64,000 nt of DNA from an uncultured Gemmataceae bacterium (GCA_963750165.1 CAVVPN010000003.1:2720001-2784000), one strand, 5' to 3'. Shown: positions 20,193-30,464, numbered from the stretch's first letter. Numbers and translations: made by a program. Notes: generated by a model not told the origin, from the letters alone.

Positions 20193-22223
20193 ATGGCTAA
20201 CACTCTGCTGATCGAACCCCCGGCGAACACCGTGGCCGCGAAGGTCCCCGGGTTCCGCTGTGACGACCACGGCAAGCCGGTCCTCCCGGCGTCGCCGGAG
20301 GCGCTGTACGCCTTCGGCGACCTGATCCGCCGCACCGAACAGCTGATTCTGGCGCAGTTCGGCCGCGGTCTGGTGTCCGGCACCACGCACACCTGTCTGG
20401 GCCAGGAATTGTGCCAGATGGCGGTGGTGCGCGCCCTCGACCACCCCGCCGATGCGGTGCTGTCCAACCACCGCAACCACGGCCACTTCCTCACCTACTC
20501 CGGCGAGTTCGTCGGCCTGGTGGCGGAGGTCATGGGCCGGCAGCGCGGCGTGTGTGGCGGCCGCGGCGGCAGTCAGCACCTGGCCTATCGCCACTTCCAC
20601 AGCAACGGCGTGCAGGGCGGTATGGCCGGCATCGGCGTCGGTCTGGCCCTGGCCCGCCAGCGCCGCCGGGAGCGGGCGGTTGTCGCCGTCCTGGTCGGCG
20701 ACGGCACCCTGGGCGAAGGGCTACTGTACGAGAGCCTGAACCTGGCCGGCGTCTGGCAGGTGCCGGCCCTGTTCGTGGTGGAGCACAACGGCATCGCCCA
20801 GACCACCTGCACCGCGGACACCGTCGCCGGCACCATTGAGGACCGCGGTCGTGCCTTCGGGCTGCCGGTCTGGCGGCTCGACGACGCCGACCCGGACCTG
20901 TTCCACCGAGCCGAGGCCGTCGTCGCCCAGGTGCGCGACAGCGGCCGGCCCGGCTTCCTGGTCATCGACACCCGCCGCCTGGGGCCGCACAGCAAGGGCG
21001 ATGACCTGCGCCCCGCCGCGGAGATGGAGGCCATCCGGACGCGCGACCCGCTCGCCGCCCTGGGGCGGCGCCTCCCCGAGTCGCTGCGCCGCGGCATCGA
21101 GGAGCGCAACGCCGCCTTCCTGCAACAGGTCGAAGCCGAGGCCGCCGCCTCCCCCGAGGCCCGCGACCAGGAGCCACCGCGGCACCTCTTTACCGCCGCC
21201 GCCGAGCCCGCCCCGGCACCGCCGCCGAGCCCGCCCCGGGCCAACGTCCGCGCCGCGCTCAACGCCGGCCTGCGCCACCTGCTCGACAGCGCGGATGACA
21301 CCCTGCTGCTCGGCGAGGACCTGCACGACCCCTACGGCGGCGCCTTCAAGGTGACCGCCGGCCTGTCCACCGACTTCCCAGGACGCGTCCTGTCCACGCC
21401 GATCAGCGAGGCCGGCATCGCCGGTGTGGGCATCGGCCTGGCCCTGGCCGGCCTGCGGCCCGTCGTGGAAGTCATGTTCGCGGACTTCCTGACGCTGTGC
21501 CTGGATCAGCTGTACAACCACGCGGTCAAGTTCCCCGGCGTCTTCCCCGACCTGCGCGTGCCGCTGGTGGTGCGCGCCCCCAGCGGCGGACGGCGCGGCT
21601 ACGGCCCGACGCACAGCCAGAGTCCGGAGAACCTGTTCACCGCCGTCCCGGGCTTGACGGTGGTCTTCGGCAGCCACCGCCACGACAACGGCCGCCTGCT
21701 GGTCAACGCCAGTCAGGGTTGGCCCTACCCGGTGCTATTCTTCGAGCACAAATTGCTCTACAGCGAGACGCAGGCCGCGGGCGATTACCGGCTGCTGGCC
21801 GCCGTCGCCACGGACGCCGCGGCGGAGCTGTTCCCCACTCTGGTGCGCGGCGGCGGCCAGCCCGACGTGACCGTGCTGACCTATGGCGGTATGCTGCCGG
21901 TCGTGGAGGAAGCGGTCCGCCGCCTGGAGGAGCGCGAGGAACTCGCTGTTGAGGTGGTGGTGCCGGCGCTGCTGGCGCCGTTCCCGCGCACGACGCTGGT
22001 CGGCCATCTGCGCGACCGGCCGCGCGTGGTGGTGGTGGAGGAAGCTCATCATCAGTTCGGCTACGGCGCGGAAGTGCTGGCCAACCTGCTGGAGGCCGGC
22101 TTCCGTGGTCGAGCGCTGCGGGTCGGCACACCACCGGTGCCCCTGGCTTCGGCCCGCAGCCTGGAGAAACAGCTCATCCCGGACGCGGAGGCGGTCGCCC
22201 GCGCGGTGCTGCGACTGTTCTGA
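20193..22223 (+). CDS. Fused thiamine-diphosphate-dependent 2-oxoacid dehydrogenase E1 alpha-beta
   Basis: GQE, SNHRNHGH, GDGTLGEG...HN ThDP motif, HSKGDD; beta part GEDL, TPISEAG, EVMFADF, GPTHSQ, FEHK. Confidence 0.92.
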   Translation: MANTLLIEPPANTVAAKVPGFRCDDHGKPVLPASPEALYAFGDLIRRTEQLILAQFGRGLVSGTTHTCLGQELCQMAVVRALDHPADAVLSNHRNHGHFLTYSGEFVGLVAEVMGRQRGVCGGRGGSQHLAYRHFHSNGVQGGMAGIGVGLALARQRRRERAVVAVLVGDGTLGEGLLYESLNLAGVWQVPALFVVEHNGIAQTTCTADTVAGTIEDRGRAFGLPVWRLDDADPDLFHRAEAVVAQVRDSGRPGFLVIDTRRLGPHSKGDDLRPAAEMEAIRTRDPLAALGRRLPESLRRGIEERNAAFLQQVEAEAAASPEARDQEPPRHLFTAAAEPAPAPPPSPPRANVRAALNAGLRHLLDSADDTLLLGEDLHDPYGGAFKVTAGLSTDFPGRVLSTPISEAGIAGVGIGLALAGLRPVVEVMFADFLTLCLDQLYNHAVKFPGVFPDLRVPLVVRAPSGGRRGYGPTHSQSPENLFTAVPGLTVVFGSHRHDNGRLLVNASQGWPYPVLFFEHKLLYSETQAAGDYRLLAAVATDAAAELFPTLVRGGGQPDVTVLTYGGMLPVVEEAVRRLEEREELAVEVVVPALLAPFPRTTLVGHLRDRPRVVVVEEAHHQFGYGAEVLANLLEAGFRGRALRVGTPPVPLASARSLEKQLIPDAEAVARAVLRLF

Positions 22224-22300
22224 CGCTGGCCCAGCCCGTAGGATACACGGACAGGGCCTCCCACCCCGTCGCCGAACCAGACACTCCGGAACAGACCGTC

Positions 22301-23395
22301 ATGCCTTACCCGCTGCGTGTACCGCGTGTCAACAACAATGACGACTCCGCCCGGCTGCTGCGCGTGCTCGCCCAGAAGGGCGAGGCCGTGCGGCGCGGCG
22401 CCGTGGTCGCGGAGATCGAAACGGACAAGTCGGTGGCCGACGTGGAGGCCGAGCAGGACGGCTACGTCCTCCAGATCGTCGGCGTCCCCGGTCAGGAAGT
22501 GGCCGTCGGTGGCGTTCTGCTCTGGCTGGGCGACCGGCCCGATGAGCCCGTGCCGGCGGCGGACGAGTCGGGGCCGACGCCGGTTGCCGCCGCCAGCGCG
22601 GAGCCCACGGCCAAGGCCCGGGCCTTGCTCGCCGAGCACGGCCTGCGGACCGAGGAGGTGCCGGCCACGGGAGAGCGGCTGACCGTCGCAGACGTGGAGG
22701 CGTTCCTGGCGCGGCGTGCCGCCGGGGCAGGGCCGGCGCCGGCGCCGAAGTCCAAAGGGCCGGGGCCGCTCGCCGCCGGGGAGACGCGGCCGCTGACGGT
22801 GGAGGAGCGCGGCATGCTTCACACCGTCACCTGGCACCGCGACGAGGCCGTGGCTACTTACCTGGAGATGGAGTACGACCCGAAGCCCTGGGATGCGCAC
22901 GCCGCCACATTCGCGACGGAACGCAAGTTGCTGCTCAGTCCGCTGCTGCCCTTGCTGGCCCACCGCCTGGCCGAGGTGGCGCGGGCCACGCCCCGGGTCA
23001 ACGCGACCCTGGTGGACGGGCAGTTTTACCAGTATCGGCAGGTGAACCTTGGCTTCACGGTGCAGGCCGGTGAGCTACTTTACCTGGTAGTGGTGCAGGA
23101 CGCCGGCGCCCTGGACGCGGCCGGCTTCGTCAACCGCCTGGGGGAGCTGCAACGCCGGGCGGTGGCACGGAAGCTGCGGGCCGAGGAGACGCAGGGCGCG
23201 ACGGTCGGCTTCACCAGCATGGCCCGCTGGGGCGTGCGGCAACACGTGCCGGTGCTGCCGCCCTACTGTTCGCTGATGGTGGCCCATGCCGCGCCGCGCC
23301 AGGGCGGGCCGGCGGTGCTGGGCGCCAGCTACGACCACCGCGTGCTGAGCGGTTTCGACGTGGTGCGCGTGCTCCAGCAACTGACCCAACCGTGA
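22301..23395 (+). CDS. E2-like acyltransferase: lipoyl domain + subunit-binding domain + short catalytic domain
   Basis: IETDKS lipoyl-Lys motif; TAKARALLAEHGL...LTVADV; C-terminal SYDHRVLSG. Confidence 0.85.
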   Translation: MPYPLRVPRVNNNDDSARLLRVLAQKGEAVRRGAVVAEIETDKSVADVEAEQDGYVLQIVGVPGQEVAVGGVLLWLGDRPDEPVPAADESGPTPVAAASAEPTAKARALLAEHGLRTEEVPATGERLTVADVEAFLARRAAGAGPAPAPKSKGPGPLAAGETRPLTVEERGMLHTVTWHRDEAVATYLEMEYDPKPWDAHAATFATERKLLLSPLLPLLAHRLAEVARATPRVNATLVDGQFYQYRQVNLGFTVQAGELLYLVVVQDAGALDAAGFVNRLGELQRRAVARKLRAEETQGATVGFTSMARWGVRQHVPVLPPYCSLMVAHAAPRQGGPAVLGASYDHRVLSGFDVVRVLQQLTQP

Positions 23396-23410
23396 GGCCG
23401 GGGGGAACCC

Positions 23411-23677
23411 ATGAACTTGCAACGCGATGCCGTCAAGGCTGCCATCCACGGCCGCGTGGTGGAGCTGGCGCGCCGGCTCGGCGGCGACCCCAGCGGGTTC
23501 ACCGACGATGACCTGTTGCCAGCCACGGGCCTGCTCGACTCCGCGGCACTGCTGGAACTGGTGGCGTGGTACGAGGCCGAGTACCGCCTGACGCTGCGGC
23601 AGGAGGACATCAACATCGACAACCTGGGGTCGGTCAACGCCATGACGGACTTCGCACTTGCCCGTCGGGCGGACTGA
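23411..23677 (+). CDS. Acyl carrier protein
   Basis: 88 aa, acidic, GLLDSAALLELV phosphopantetheine-Ser motif, NLGSVNAM. Confidence 0.88.
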   Translation: MNLQRDAVKAAIHGRVVELARRLGGDPSGFTDDDLLPATGLLDSAALLELVAWYEAEYRLTLRQEDINIDNLGSVNAMTDFALARRAD

Positions 23678-23686
23678 GGCGCCACC

Positions 23687-24705
23687 ATGCAACGCGAACT
23701 CATCCAGATCCCGGAAAGCACCGGCCCACGTTGTCGGTGGTGATCCACACAGAAGAAGAATTCGAGTGGGGCCGGCTCGACCGCACGGCTACTGCCGTCA
23801 CCCACATGGACCACATCCGCCGCGTCCAGGACCTGTTCGACGAGCAGGGGATTGTGCCGACCTACGTGGTGGACTACCCGATTGTGGACCAGGACGCCGG
23901 CTGTCGTCCGCTGCTGGACTTCGCCGCCGATGGCCGCGCCGTGATCGGCGCCCACCTGCACCCGTGGGTGTCGCCGCCGCACGTCGAGGCGCTGAACTTC
24001 TTCAACTCGTATCCTGGCAACCTGCCCTGCGATCTGGAGCGCGAGAAGCTGACGCAGCTGACGGAGCGCATCGCCGCGCGCTTCGGTGTTCGGCCGACGG
24101 TGTACCTGGCCGGCCGCTACGGCTTCGGCCCCAACACCGCGGCGCTGCTGGAGGACCTGGGCTACGAGGTGGACGTCAGCGCCATCGTGCCGCTGGACTT
24201 CAGCGGCGACGGCGGGCCGGATTATTCGGGCTACACCAACCATCCGTACTGGTTCGGCCGGCGCCGCCGGCTGCTGGGACTGCCCTGCACCGGCGACTTC
24301 GTGGGCTGGTTGCCCGGCGGCAAACGGCGGCTCCACTGGCTGGCCTCGCGGCCCCTGGGGGAGCGGTTGCGGCTGCGCGGCGTGCTGGCGCGGCTCCGGG
24401 CGGTGGAGCGCATGAGCCTGACCCCCGAGGGGCACACCAACGCGGAACTGCGCCGCCTGACGCGCTCCCTGCTGCGCCGCGGCTTCCGCACCTTCGTGTT
24501 CAGCTTTCACTCGCCGTCCATCCAGCCCGGCTGCACCCCCTATGTCCGCGACGCCCACGAACTGCGGACCTTCCTTGACAACTGCCGCGATTACTTCACC
24601 TTCTTCCTGAAGGAGCTGAACGGCGTCGCCCGGACGCCGTTGCAGATTCGTGCTGACCTGGAGCAGCCCTGTGCGGTCGCGGCACCGCTGGCCGTCCAGT
24701 CGTGA
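23687..24705 (+). CDS. Polysaccharide deacetylase (WalW-like); -1 frameshift in the A-run at 23715-23717
   Basis: ATG 23687 MQRELIQIPE joins KHRPTLSVVIHTEEEFEW; PTYVVDYP, GAHLHPWVSPP, AGRYG, FSFHSPS.PG.TPYVR. Confidence 0.8.
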
Positions 24706-24714
24706 GGCGGTCAG

Positions 24715-25500
24715 TCACTGCTTCTGAATGTACCACTTCTGATAATTGTCGCGCTCGATCTCGACCGGCCGCTCCGGCCTGTCCGCCAGGAACTCGTCGA
24801 TGGCCTGGTTGCAGCCCGGCCACGGTGGGTCATTGTACTCGTCGAAAAGGATGATGCCCCCAGACGACAGGCGCGGATAAAAGAACTCCAGGCACTCCTT
24901 GTAAGACTGGTAGATGTCGCAATCCAGGTGGACGAAGCAGAACCGACGGTCGGCGAAGGCAGGCAGGGTGGCCGCGAAATAACCCCTGGTGACGCGAACC
25001 ACGTCCCCCAGCTGGAGCCGTGCGATCTTTTCCAGGACCGTCTCGTAGGAGGTTTCGTTGAAGCCGCCGACGCGCTTGTCGCTGCTGGCGGCGCCGCCGA
25101 GGCGGATGTCAATGTTGACGGCCTCGTCGAAACCCTCGAAGGAGTCGAAGCCGAGGACGGCCTTGGCGAGTTGATGCTGCTTGACGTACAGGCCCAGCGC
25201 CAGCAGACTCGACGCCCGGAAGACGCCGCACTCGGCCACGTCGCCGGGCACCGCGGCGGTGCGCCCCAGCAGTTCAAACAGGATGTTGATGTTCGACTCG
25301 CCCTCGGGCGACTTGACCGGTTTGGGGCGGACGGCGCGCGGCACCTTCACCTCGAGCAGTCGCGCCCACCGGGCCGGGCAGCGCTCCACGGGGGTGTTGC
25401 GCAGGACGGCGTACGCGACCGCCTGGGCCGTGTGCCGCGCGCCTGTGCGGTGCCAGAGCCAGCTTCGCAGCCGTTTCCACAGAGGTTTGGGTTCACTCAT
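24715..25500 (-). CDS. TylF/MycF-family O-methyltransferase
   Basis: GDVAECGVFRASS, FDSFEGF, RGYFAATLP, VHLDCDIYQS, GGIILFDEY, WPGC. Confidence 0.88.
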   Translation of the reverse strand: MSEPKPLWKRLRSWLWHRTGARHTAQAVAYAVLRNTPVERCPARWARLLEVKVPRAVRPKPVKSPEGESNINILFELLGRTAAVPGDVAECGVFRASSLLALGLYVKQHQLAKAVLGFDSFEGFDEAVNIDIRLGGAASSDKRVGGFNETSYETVLEKIARLQLGDVVRVTRGYFAATLPAFADRRFCFVHLDCDIYQSYKECLEFFYPRLSSGGIILFDEYNDPPWPGCNQAIDEFLADRPERPVEIERDNYQKWYIQKQ

Positions 25501-25527
25501 GGTCGCCGCCTCCCGCCCGGCCTGGCG

Positions 25528-26382
25528 TTACACGTTCAGGGCCACAATCTCCGAATACAGGTTCGCCATGTCCGCTTCGCCAAGGGTGTCGCTGCGGTAC
25601 ATCTTGTCAGGGAAGCCACCCACCTGGGCCGACAACCGCGGTCGGCGCGGCAGGAACCGCGATTCGATGCGCGTGCTCAGCATACCGTGCCGCAGCAGGA
25701 AAAAGCGCCCCAGGGTGAAGCGGTAGCGCAGGAACAGTTCCGGATCACTGACGGCCAGCACCGTCGCGCAGGGCAGTCGTTTCAGCAGTCCCTTGCGGTA
25801 GACGACGTGACAGAAGGCGCCCGGCCGACCCACGGCCACGTGCCGTAGCCAGTGCAGGTGGCGGTGGTCGCGGAAGACCTGGACGTCCGCGGGCGCCAGC
25901 ACGCGCTCCAGCGCCGCCGGGTCGGTCACCACGCGCACGCCCGGAATCCAGCCCGGCAAGTTGGGCAGCACTGTCATGCGCACGTCCATCGGCTTGAACT
26001 TGAGGAAGCGCAGCGCCCCCGCCACCACCGCAGTCGGTGTCAGGTCGGTGAAGTGAAATCCTGGTTGGGCGACGAGCGTCATCGCCAGGCGCAGGCTGTG
26101 GGCGCGGTACGGCTCCAGGACGCACCAGCTGGTGATGTTGCAGAACCGCTCCGGTTGACCGCGAATGACCCGCTCCGCGTAGATGGCGCCGATGCCGCCG
26201 CCGATCTTGCCTTTGGCGTCGCGGAGCAGAAAGCCGTGATTGGGCATCGCCAGCCGCCAGTCCTGACGGAACGCGGTCACCCAGTCCGCCACGGCAATCC
26301 GCGGGTTCAGGTGCTCGTGCAGGAACGCGCAGAACTCCGGCAAGTCCTCGTCGCGGATGGGGTGGATCGTCGGCAGCGACAT
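25528..26382 (-). CDS. Hypothetical protein, probable GNAT-fold acyltransferase
   Basis: IHPIRDEDLPE start, FCNITSWCVLEPYR (GNAT motif A-like), LRFLKF. Confidence 0.55.
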   Translation of the reverse strand: MSLPTIHPIRDEDLPEFCAFLHEHLNPRIAVADWVTAFRQDWRLAMPNHGFLLRDAKGKIGGGIGAIYAERVIRGQPERFCNITSWCVLEPYRAHSLRLAMTLVAQPGFHFTDLTPTAVVAGALRFLKFKPMDVRMTVLPNLPGWIPGVRVVTDPAALERVLAPADVQVFRDHRHLHWLRHVAVGRPGAFCHVVYRKGLLKRLPCATVLAVSDPELFLRYRFTLGRFFLLRHGMLSTRIESRFLPRRPRLSAQVGGFPDKMYRSDTLGEADMANLYSEIVALNV

Positions 26383-26504
26383 GCGTGCAGCAGTCCGAAG
26401 GGTGATGGCATACGTCGGGGCCGGGGGCAGTGTATGAATCCTGCTGTCCCAAACAAGAGGGAAACACCCCCATCAGGCAGGTTTACAAAGTGTCTGGCGT
26501 GCAG

Positions 26505-26522
26505 TGTCAATCTCGGTTTACA
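26505..26522 (+). promoter_or_regulatory. Putative enhancer site TGT-N12-ACA
   Basis: TGTCAATCTCGGTTTACA, the same TGTC-N6-GGTTTACA layout as 3603-3620; extra GGTTTACA/GGTTACA half-sites nearby. Confidence 0.55.
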
Positions 26523-26650
26523 ACAGGGTTACACCTGTCGGGAGGGGCACCGGTTCGCCACCCAGGCCCCTCCACATTGTATTTTCTAAGACCTGTTCCT
26601 GGAAGAAGTTATAGAAAAATCGCCGCTTCTGATCTGGTGAGAGCGTGGCA

Positions 26651-26667
26651 CGGCACCAACTTTGCCA
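26651..26667 (+). promoter_or_regulatory. sigma54 (-24/-12) promoter for the 26788-35686 operon
   Basis: CGGCACCAACTTTGCC: GG-N10-GC with GGCAC and TTTGC. Confidence 0.65.
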
Positions 26668-26787
26668 GAAGAAGAGGTGAATTCCCCATTGCTGTTGGAC
26701 CGCGACGGGTCGAGGCGGTGACCGGATGACCCAACCATCACCTTACGACCAAACATCCCCGCACGAGCTACCAGGCGTGAGCCGACT

Positions 26788-27867
26788 TTGAGCGACCGCA
26801 TCCAACCCACTTTCGATCCCCCCACCGCTGAACCGGGTCCCGCGGTGTCTCTGACTCCCCCGTCGGCTCGCCGCCGGCCGCACGCCTGGCGGCACCGGCT
26901 GCTCGTCGTGGCCAAACTGGGGTTCGCGGCCGCTCTGCTGACCTGGCTGTTCGTCAGCGGCCGGCTGGAGCTGGGCGGCCTGGCGGCGCTGGCGCCGTCC
27001 GCTGCCACACCGCTGGTCGTGGCCCTGGTCGCAGCCTGGCTGCTGTTGCCGGCGGTGCGCTGGTGGTGGCTGCTGCGGCTCCAGCACCTGCAAACGTCGC
27101 TGCCGCGCGTGCTGGCGCTGAGCTGGGTGGGCTACTTCACCACCTGCTTCCTGCCGGGAGCGACCGGCGGCGACCTGGCCCGGGCTTACCTGATTTGTCG
27201 CCGCCACCCCGGACTGCGGTTGCGGGCGCTGGCGAGTGTGGTGGTGGATCGCGCCGTGGGCATGTACAGCCTGCTCCTGCTGACGACCCTGTCCGGCGTG
27301 TGGTTGGTCTGCCGTCAGGGCCTGTCCCCGGCGATCGCCAACCTGGCCTGGCTGACCCTGACGCCCCTGGCGGCCATGACCCTGGGCGGAGCGATCCTGC
27401 TGTTCCAGGCTCCGCGCGAGGCGGGTCTGCGGCTGCTGCCGCGACGCTGGCGGCCGGCGTGGCGCAACTATTTGGGAGCGTATCGGGCCGGGCTGACCGG
27501 CGTGCTGACCTGCCTGGGACTGTCCCTGGCCAGCAGCGCCGTGGGCGTCCTGGCTCTGGCCGCGGTGGCGGACCTGCTGGGCCACCCCCTGCCGTTGGGG
27601 GTCGCCTTCCTGGCCGGGCCCCTGGTGTTCCTCAGCAACTGCCTGCCCGTGAGTCCCGGCGGAATCGGCTTCGCGGAAGCCACCTCGGACGTACTGTTGA
27701 ACTCCCTGGGCATCCTGGGCGGGGCCGAGATGATGCTGCTGTTGCGCATCTTCACCGTGGCTCTCTCCCTGCCCGGCGCCCTGGGGCTGCTGCATCCGGG
27801 GACCACGGAAACACCTGGCCCAGTCCAGCCGGGGGCGGAACCAGTCGCCGCGGCGGCGACCGCCTGA
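26788..27867 (+). CDS. Lysylphosphatidylglycerol-synthase TM / UPF0104 flippase-like membrane protein
   Basis: AVRWWWLL, FLPGATGGDLAR, SVVVDRAVG, LPVSPGGIGFAE. Confidence 0.82.
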   Translation: MSDRIQPTFDPPTAEPGPAVSLTPPSARRRPHAWRHRLLVVAKLGFAAALLTWLFVSGRLELGGLAALAPSAATPLVVALVAAWLLLPAVRWWWLLRLQHLQTSLPRVLALSWVGYFTTCFLPGATGGDLARAYLICRRHPGLRLRALASVVVDRAVGMYSLLLLTTLSGVWLVCRQGLSPAIANLAWLTLTPLAAMTLGGAILLFQAPREAGLRLLPRRWRPAWRNYLGAYRAGLTGVLTCLGLSLASSAVGVLALAAVADLLGHPLPLGVAFLAGPLVFLSNCLPVSPGGIGFAEATSDVLLNSLGILGGAEMMLLLRIFTVALSLPGALGLLHPGTTETPGPVQPGAEPVAAAATA

Positions 27868-27902
27868 ATGGACCGACTTCTCACGCAACACGAGGCTTTT
27901 TC

Positions 27903-28963
27903 ATGACGCCGACCAGCCAATCGGACGGGATCCTGACCCTCGCCGCACCGCCCACGCACCCGGAGGTTGGGTCGCCGACGCCGGCGGTCGCCGACCGGCA
28001 GGGCGGGCTGCTGGCACGGGTGCTGCCGTACGTCTCCATCGCGCGCCCCGACCACTGGTTCAAGAACGTCTTCATGGTCGCCGGCGTGATGCTGGCCCTG
28101 TTCTGCCATCCCGAGACGCTCGGCTGGGATCGCCTCGTGCCCTTCCTGTGCGCCGTGGCGGCCACCTGCCTGCTCGCCTCCAGCAACTACGTCATCAACG
28201 AAATCCTGGACGCGCCCAGCGACCGCAGCCATCCCAAAAAGCGTTTGCGTCCCATCCCGTCCGGCGCGTGTGGCTGCCGCTCGCCTACGCCGAGTGGGTC
28301 CTGCTCGGCGCCGCCGGTCTGCTGCTGGCCCAGACGGTGAACTGGCCGTTCTTCTGCGCCGGCCTGTTCCTGCTGGTCATGGGCATCATCTACAATGTGC
28401 CGCCGCTGCGCTCCAAGGAAGTGGCCTACGTGGACGTGCTGTCGGAGGCCATCAACAACCCCATCCGGCTGCTGCTGGGCTGGTTCGTGATGACGGCGAC
28501 GTTCTTCCCGCCGGTGTCGCTGCTCATCGCTTACTGGATGATCGGCGCCTTCTTCATGGCGACCAAGCGGATGGCCGAGTACCGCTCCCTGGGCGACCGG
28601 AGCGTGGCCGGGGCCTACCGCAAGTCGTTCCGCCATTACACGGAGGAGAGCCTGCTCGTCAGCATGTTCTTCTACGCCACCAGTTTCGCCCTGTTCCTTG
28701 GCGTCTTCATCATCCGCTACCACCTGGAGCTGATCCTGACCTTCCCGCTGCTGGCCGGTTTCGTCTGCTACTATTTGCACATCGCCTTCAAGAAGGACAG
28801 CGCCGCCCAGGCTCCGGAGAAGTTGTATCGCGAGAAGGGCCTGACGCTTTACCTGGTCGTCTGCGTGCTCGCCTTCTTCCTGCTGATGTTCACCAACATC
28901 CCCGTGCTGTACAAGTTCTTCAACGTCACCGCCTCGCCGGTGGCGCCGCTGTGGGAGTTTTAA
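27903..28963 (+). CDS. UbiA-family prenyltransferase (polyprenyl-phosphate phosphoribosyltransferase-like); -1 frameshift near 28265
   Basis: ARPDHWFKN, NYVINEILDAPSDRSHPKKRLRPIPSG joins RVWLPLAY...; TKRMAEY. Confidence 0.82.
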
Positions 28964-29006
28964 CCGTCGGCCCGGCGCTGTCTTTGACCAAAGGATACGG
29001 CTCGCA

Positions 29007-30464
29007 ATGAGTTCAACGCTTGTCCTCGGCCTGGCTGCCACCGGGGCCGCCCCGGCGGCGCCGGCCGCGGCCACCGAGCTGTCGCCCGTCGCCGCTCGCC
29101 GGGCCCTGTTCTGGATCCTCCTGCTCGGCGCCGTCGTTCGGCTGGCGCTGTTGCTGTGGTCCTGGAACCAGCCGCTGTCCATCGAGGACGAGCAGCACTA
29201 CCACCTGCTGGCGGTCAACCTGGTCCGTTACGGCGAGTTTGCCGACGCTCCCGGCGAGCTGACCTCCATCCGGCCGCCGCTGTTCCCGTTCCTGGTGGCC
29301 GGCGTGTACGCGGTCTGCGGCACCGAGGCGCTGGCGGCGGTCCGGCTGCTGCAGGCCGTGCTGAGCCTGGCGACGGTGCTGATCGCTTACCGGCTGGGCG
29401 TGGCGGTCGCTTCGCGGCGCGTCGCCCTGTGGTTGGCGAGCGCGCTGTGTTTCTACCCGTCGCTGCTGGGCTTCAACACCCTGCTGTTGACCGAGGTGCT
29501 GTTCACCTTCCTGCTCAGCGCCTTCTGCCTGCTGGTGGTGCTGTCGGTGCGCCGCGGCTCGCTGGCGGGCATGGCGGCGGCGGGCGGCGTGCTCGGACTG
29601 GCCGCTCTGACGCGCAGCGTCATGTGGTTGTTCCCGCCGGTGCTGGCCGTCTTCCTGCTGTTCGCCTGGCCCGGGCCGCTGTGGCGACGCCTGGCCGCGG
29701 GCGCCCTGGTGGGCCTGGCGTTCGCGGCCGTCATCGCTCCGTGGTCGATCCGCAACACGCAGTTGCAGAAGGTGTTCACGACCATCGACGTGATGGGCGG
29801 CCGCAATTTCATGATGGGCAACTACCGCTATACCCCCCTGTACCGGTCCTGGGACGCCATCGGCCTCAAGGGGGAGGAGAGCTGGGCGTACGAGGTCAGG
29901 ATGACCTATCCCGCCGCGGAACGGGACACGCAGGGAAAAATTGATAAGCTGGCGCTGCGCCAGGGGCTACAATTTGTGCGGGAGCACCCGGGACTGACCC
30001 TGCTGCGCGATCTGGTGAAGTTCTTCGACTTCTGGGGCCTGGAGCGGGAGTTGGTTGCCGGCGCCGTGCGCGGCTACCTCGGCCCGCTGTCGAAACCGGC
30101 GCTGGCCCTGGTGGCGCTGGCGATCTTCGGCAGTTATGCCCTGGCCGTGTTGCTGGCCCTGTTCGGCCTGGTGATGGCGCCGCCCGCTGATCGACGGTCC
30201 TGGTGGTTCCTGCTGCTGGTGGTGGTGTTCGTCTGCGGCATGCACACGCTGGTGTTCGGCCACTCGCGCTATCACCTGCCGCTCATGCCGATCGTCCTGC
30301 TCGGCGCCGCCTGTGCCTGGGTGCAGCGCCGGCAGCTCTGGCAACAGCGGCGCAGCCGGGCCTTCCTGGCGGCGTGCGGATTGTGTGGCGTCCTGCTGGT
30401 GGGCTGGCTCTGGCTGTTCGTGGCCGTTGACCTGAAACTGTTCCTGAGCGCGATGGGCGGTTGA
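29007..30464 (+). CDS. GT-C fold (ArnT/PMT-like) glycosyltransferase
   Basis: IEDEQHY acidic loop, RPPLFP, LLTEVLF, LTRS, PWSIRN, RYHLPLMP. Confidence 0.82.
   Translation: MSSTLVLGLAATGAAPAAPAAATELSPVAARRALFWILLLGAVVRLALLLWSWNQPLSIEDEQHYHLLAVNLVRYGEFADAPGELTSIRPPLFPFLVAGVYAVCGTEALAAVRLLQAVLSLATVLIAYRLGVAVASRRVALWLASALCFYPSLLGFNTLLLTEVLFTFLLSAFCLLVVLSVRRGSLAGMAAAGGVLGLAALTRSVMWLFPPVLAVFLLFAWPGPLWRRLAAGALVGLAFAAVIAPWSIRNTQLQKVFTTIDVMGGRNFMMGNYRYTPLYRSWDAIGLKGEESWAYEVRMTYPAAERDTQGKIDKLALRQGLQFVREHPGLTLLRDLVKFFDFWGLERELVAGAVRGYLGPLSKPALALVALAIFGSYALAVLLALFGLVMAPPADRRSWWFLLLVVVFVCGMHTLVFGHSRYHLPLMPIVLLGAACAWVQRRQLWQQRRSRAFLAACGLCGVLLVGWLWLFVAVDLKLFLSAMGG

Noticed and set aside
20193..23395. Housekeeping pyruvate dehydrogenase (pdhABC)
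   Set aside because: Fused E1, short E2 with an altered motif, adjacent ACP, no E3 and glycan-operon context; gene symbols withheld
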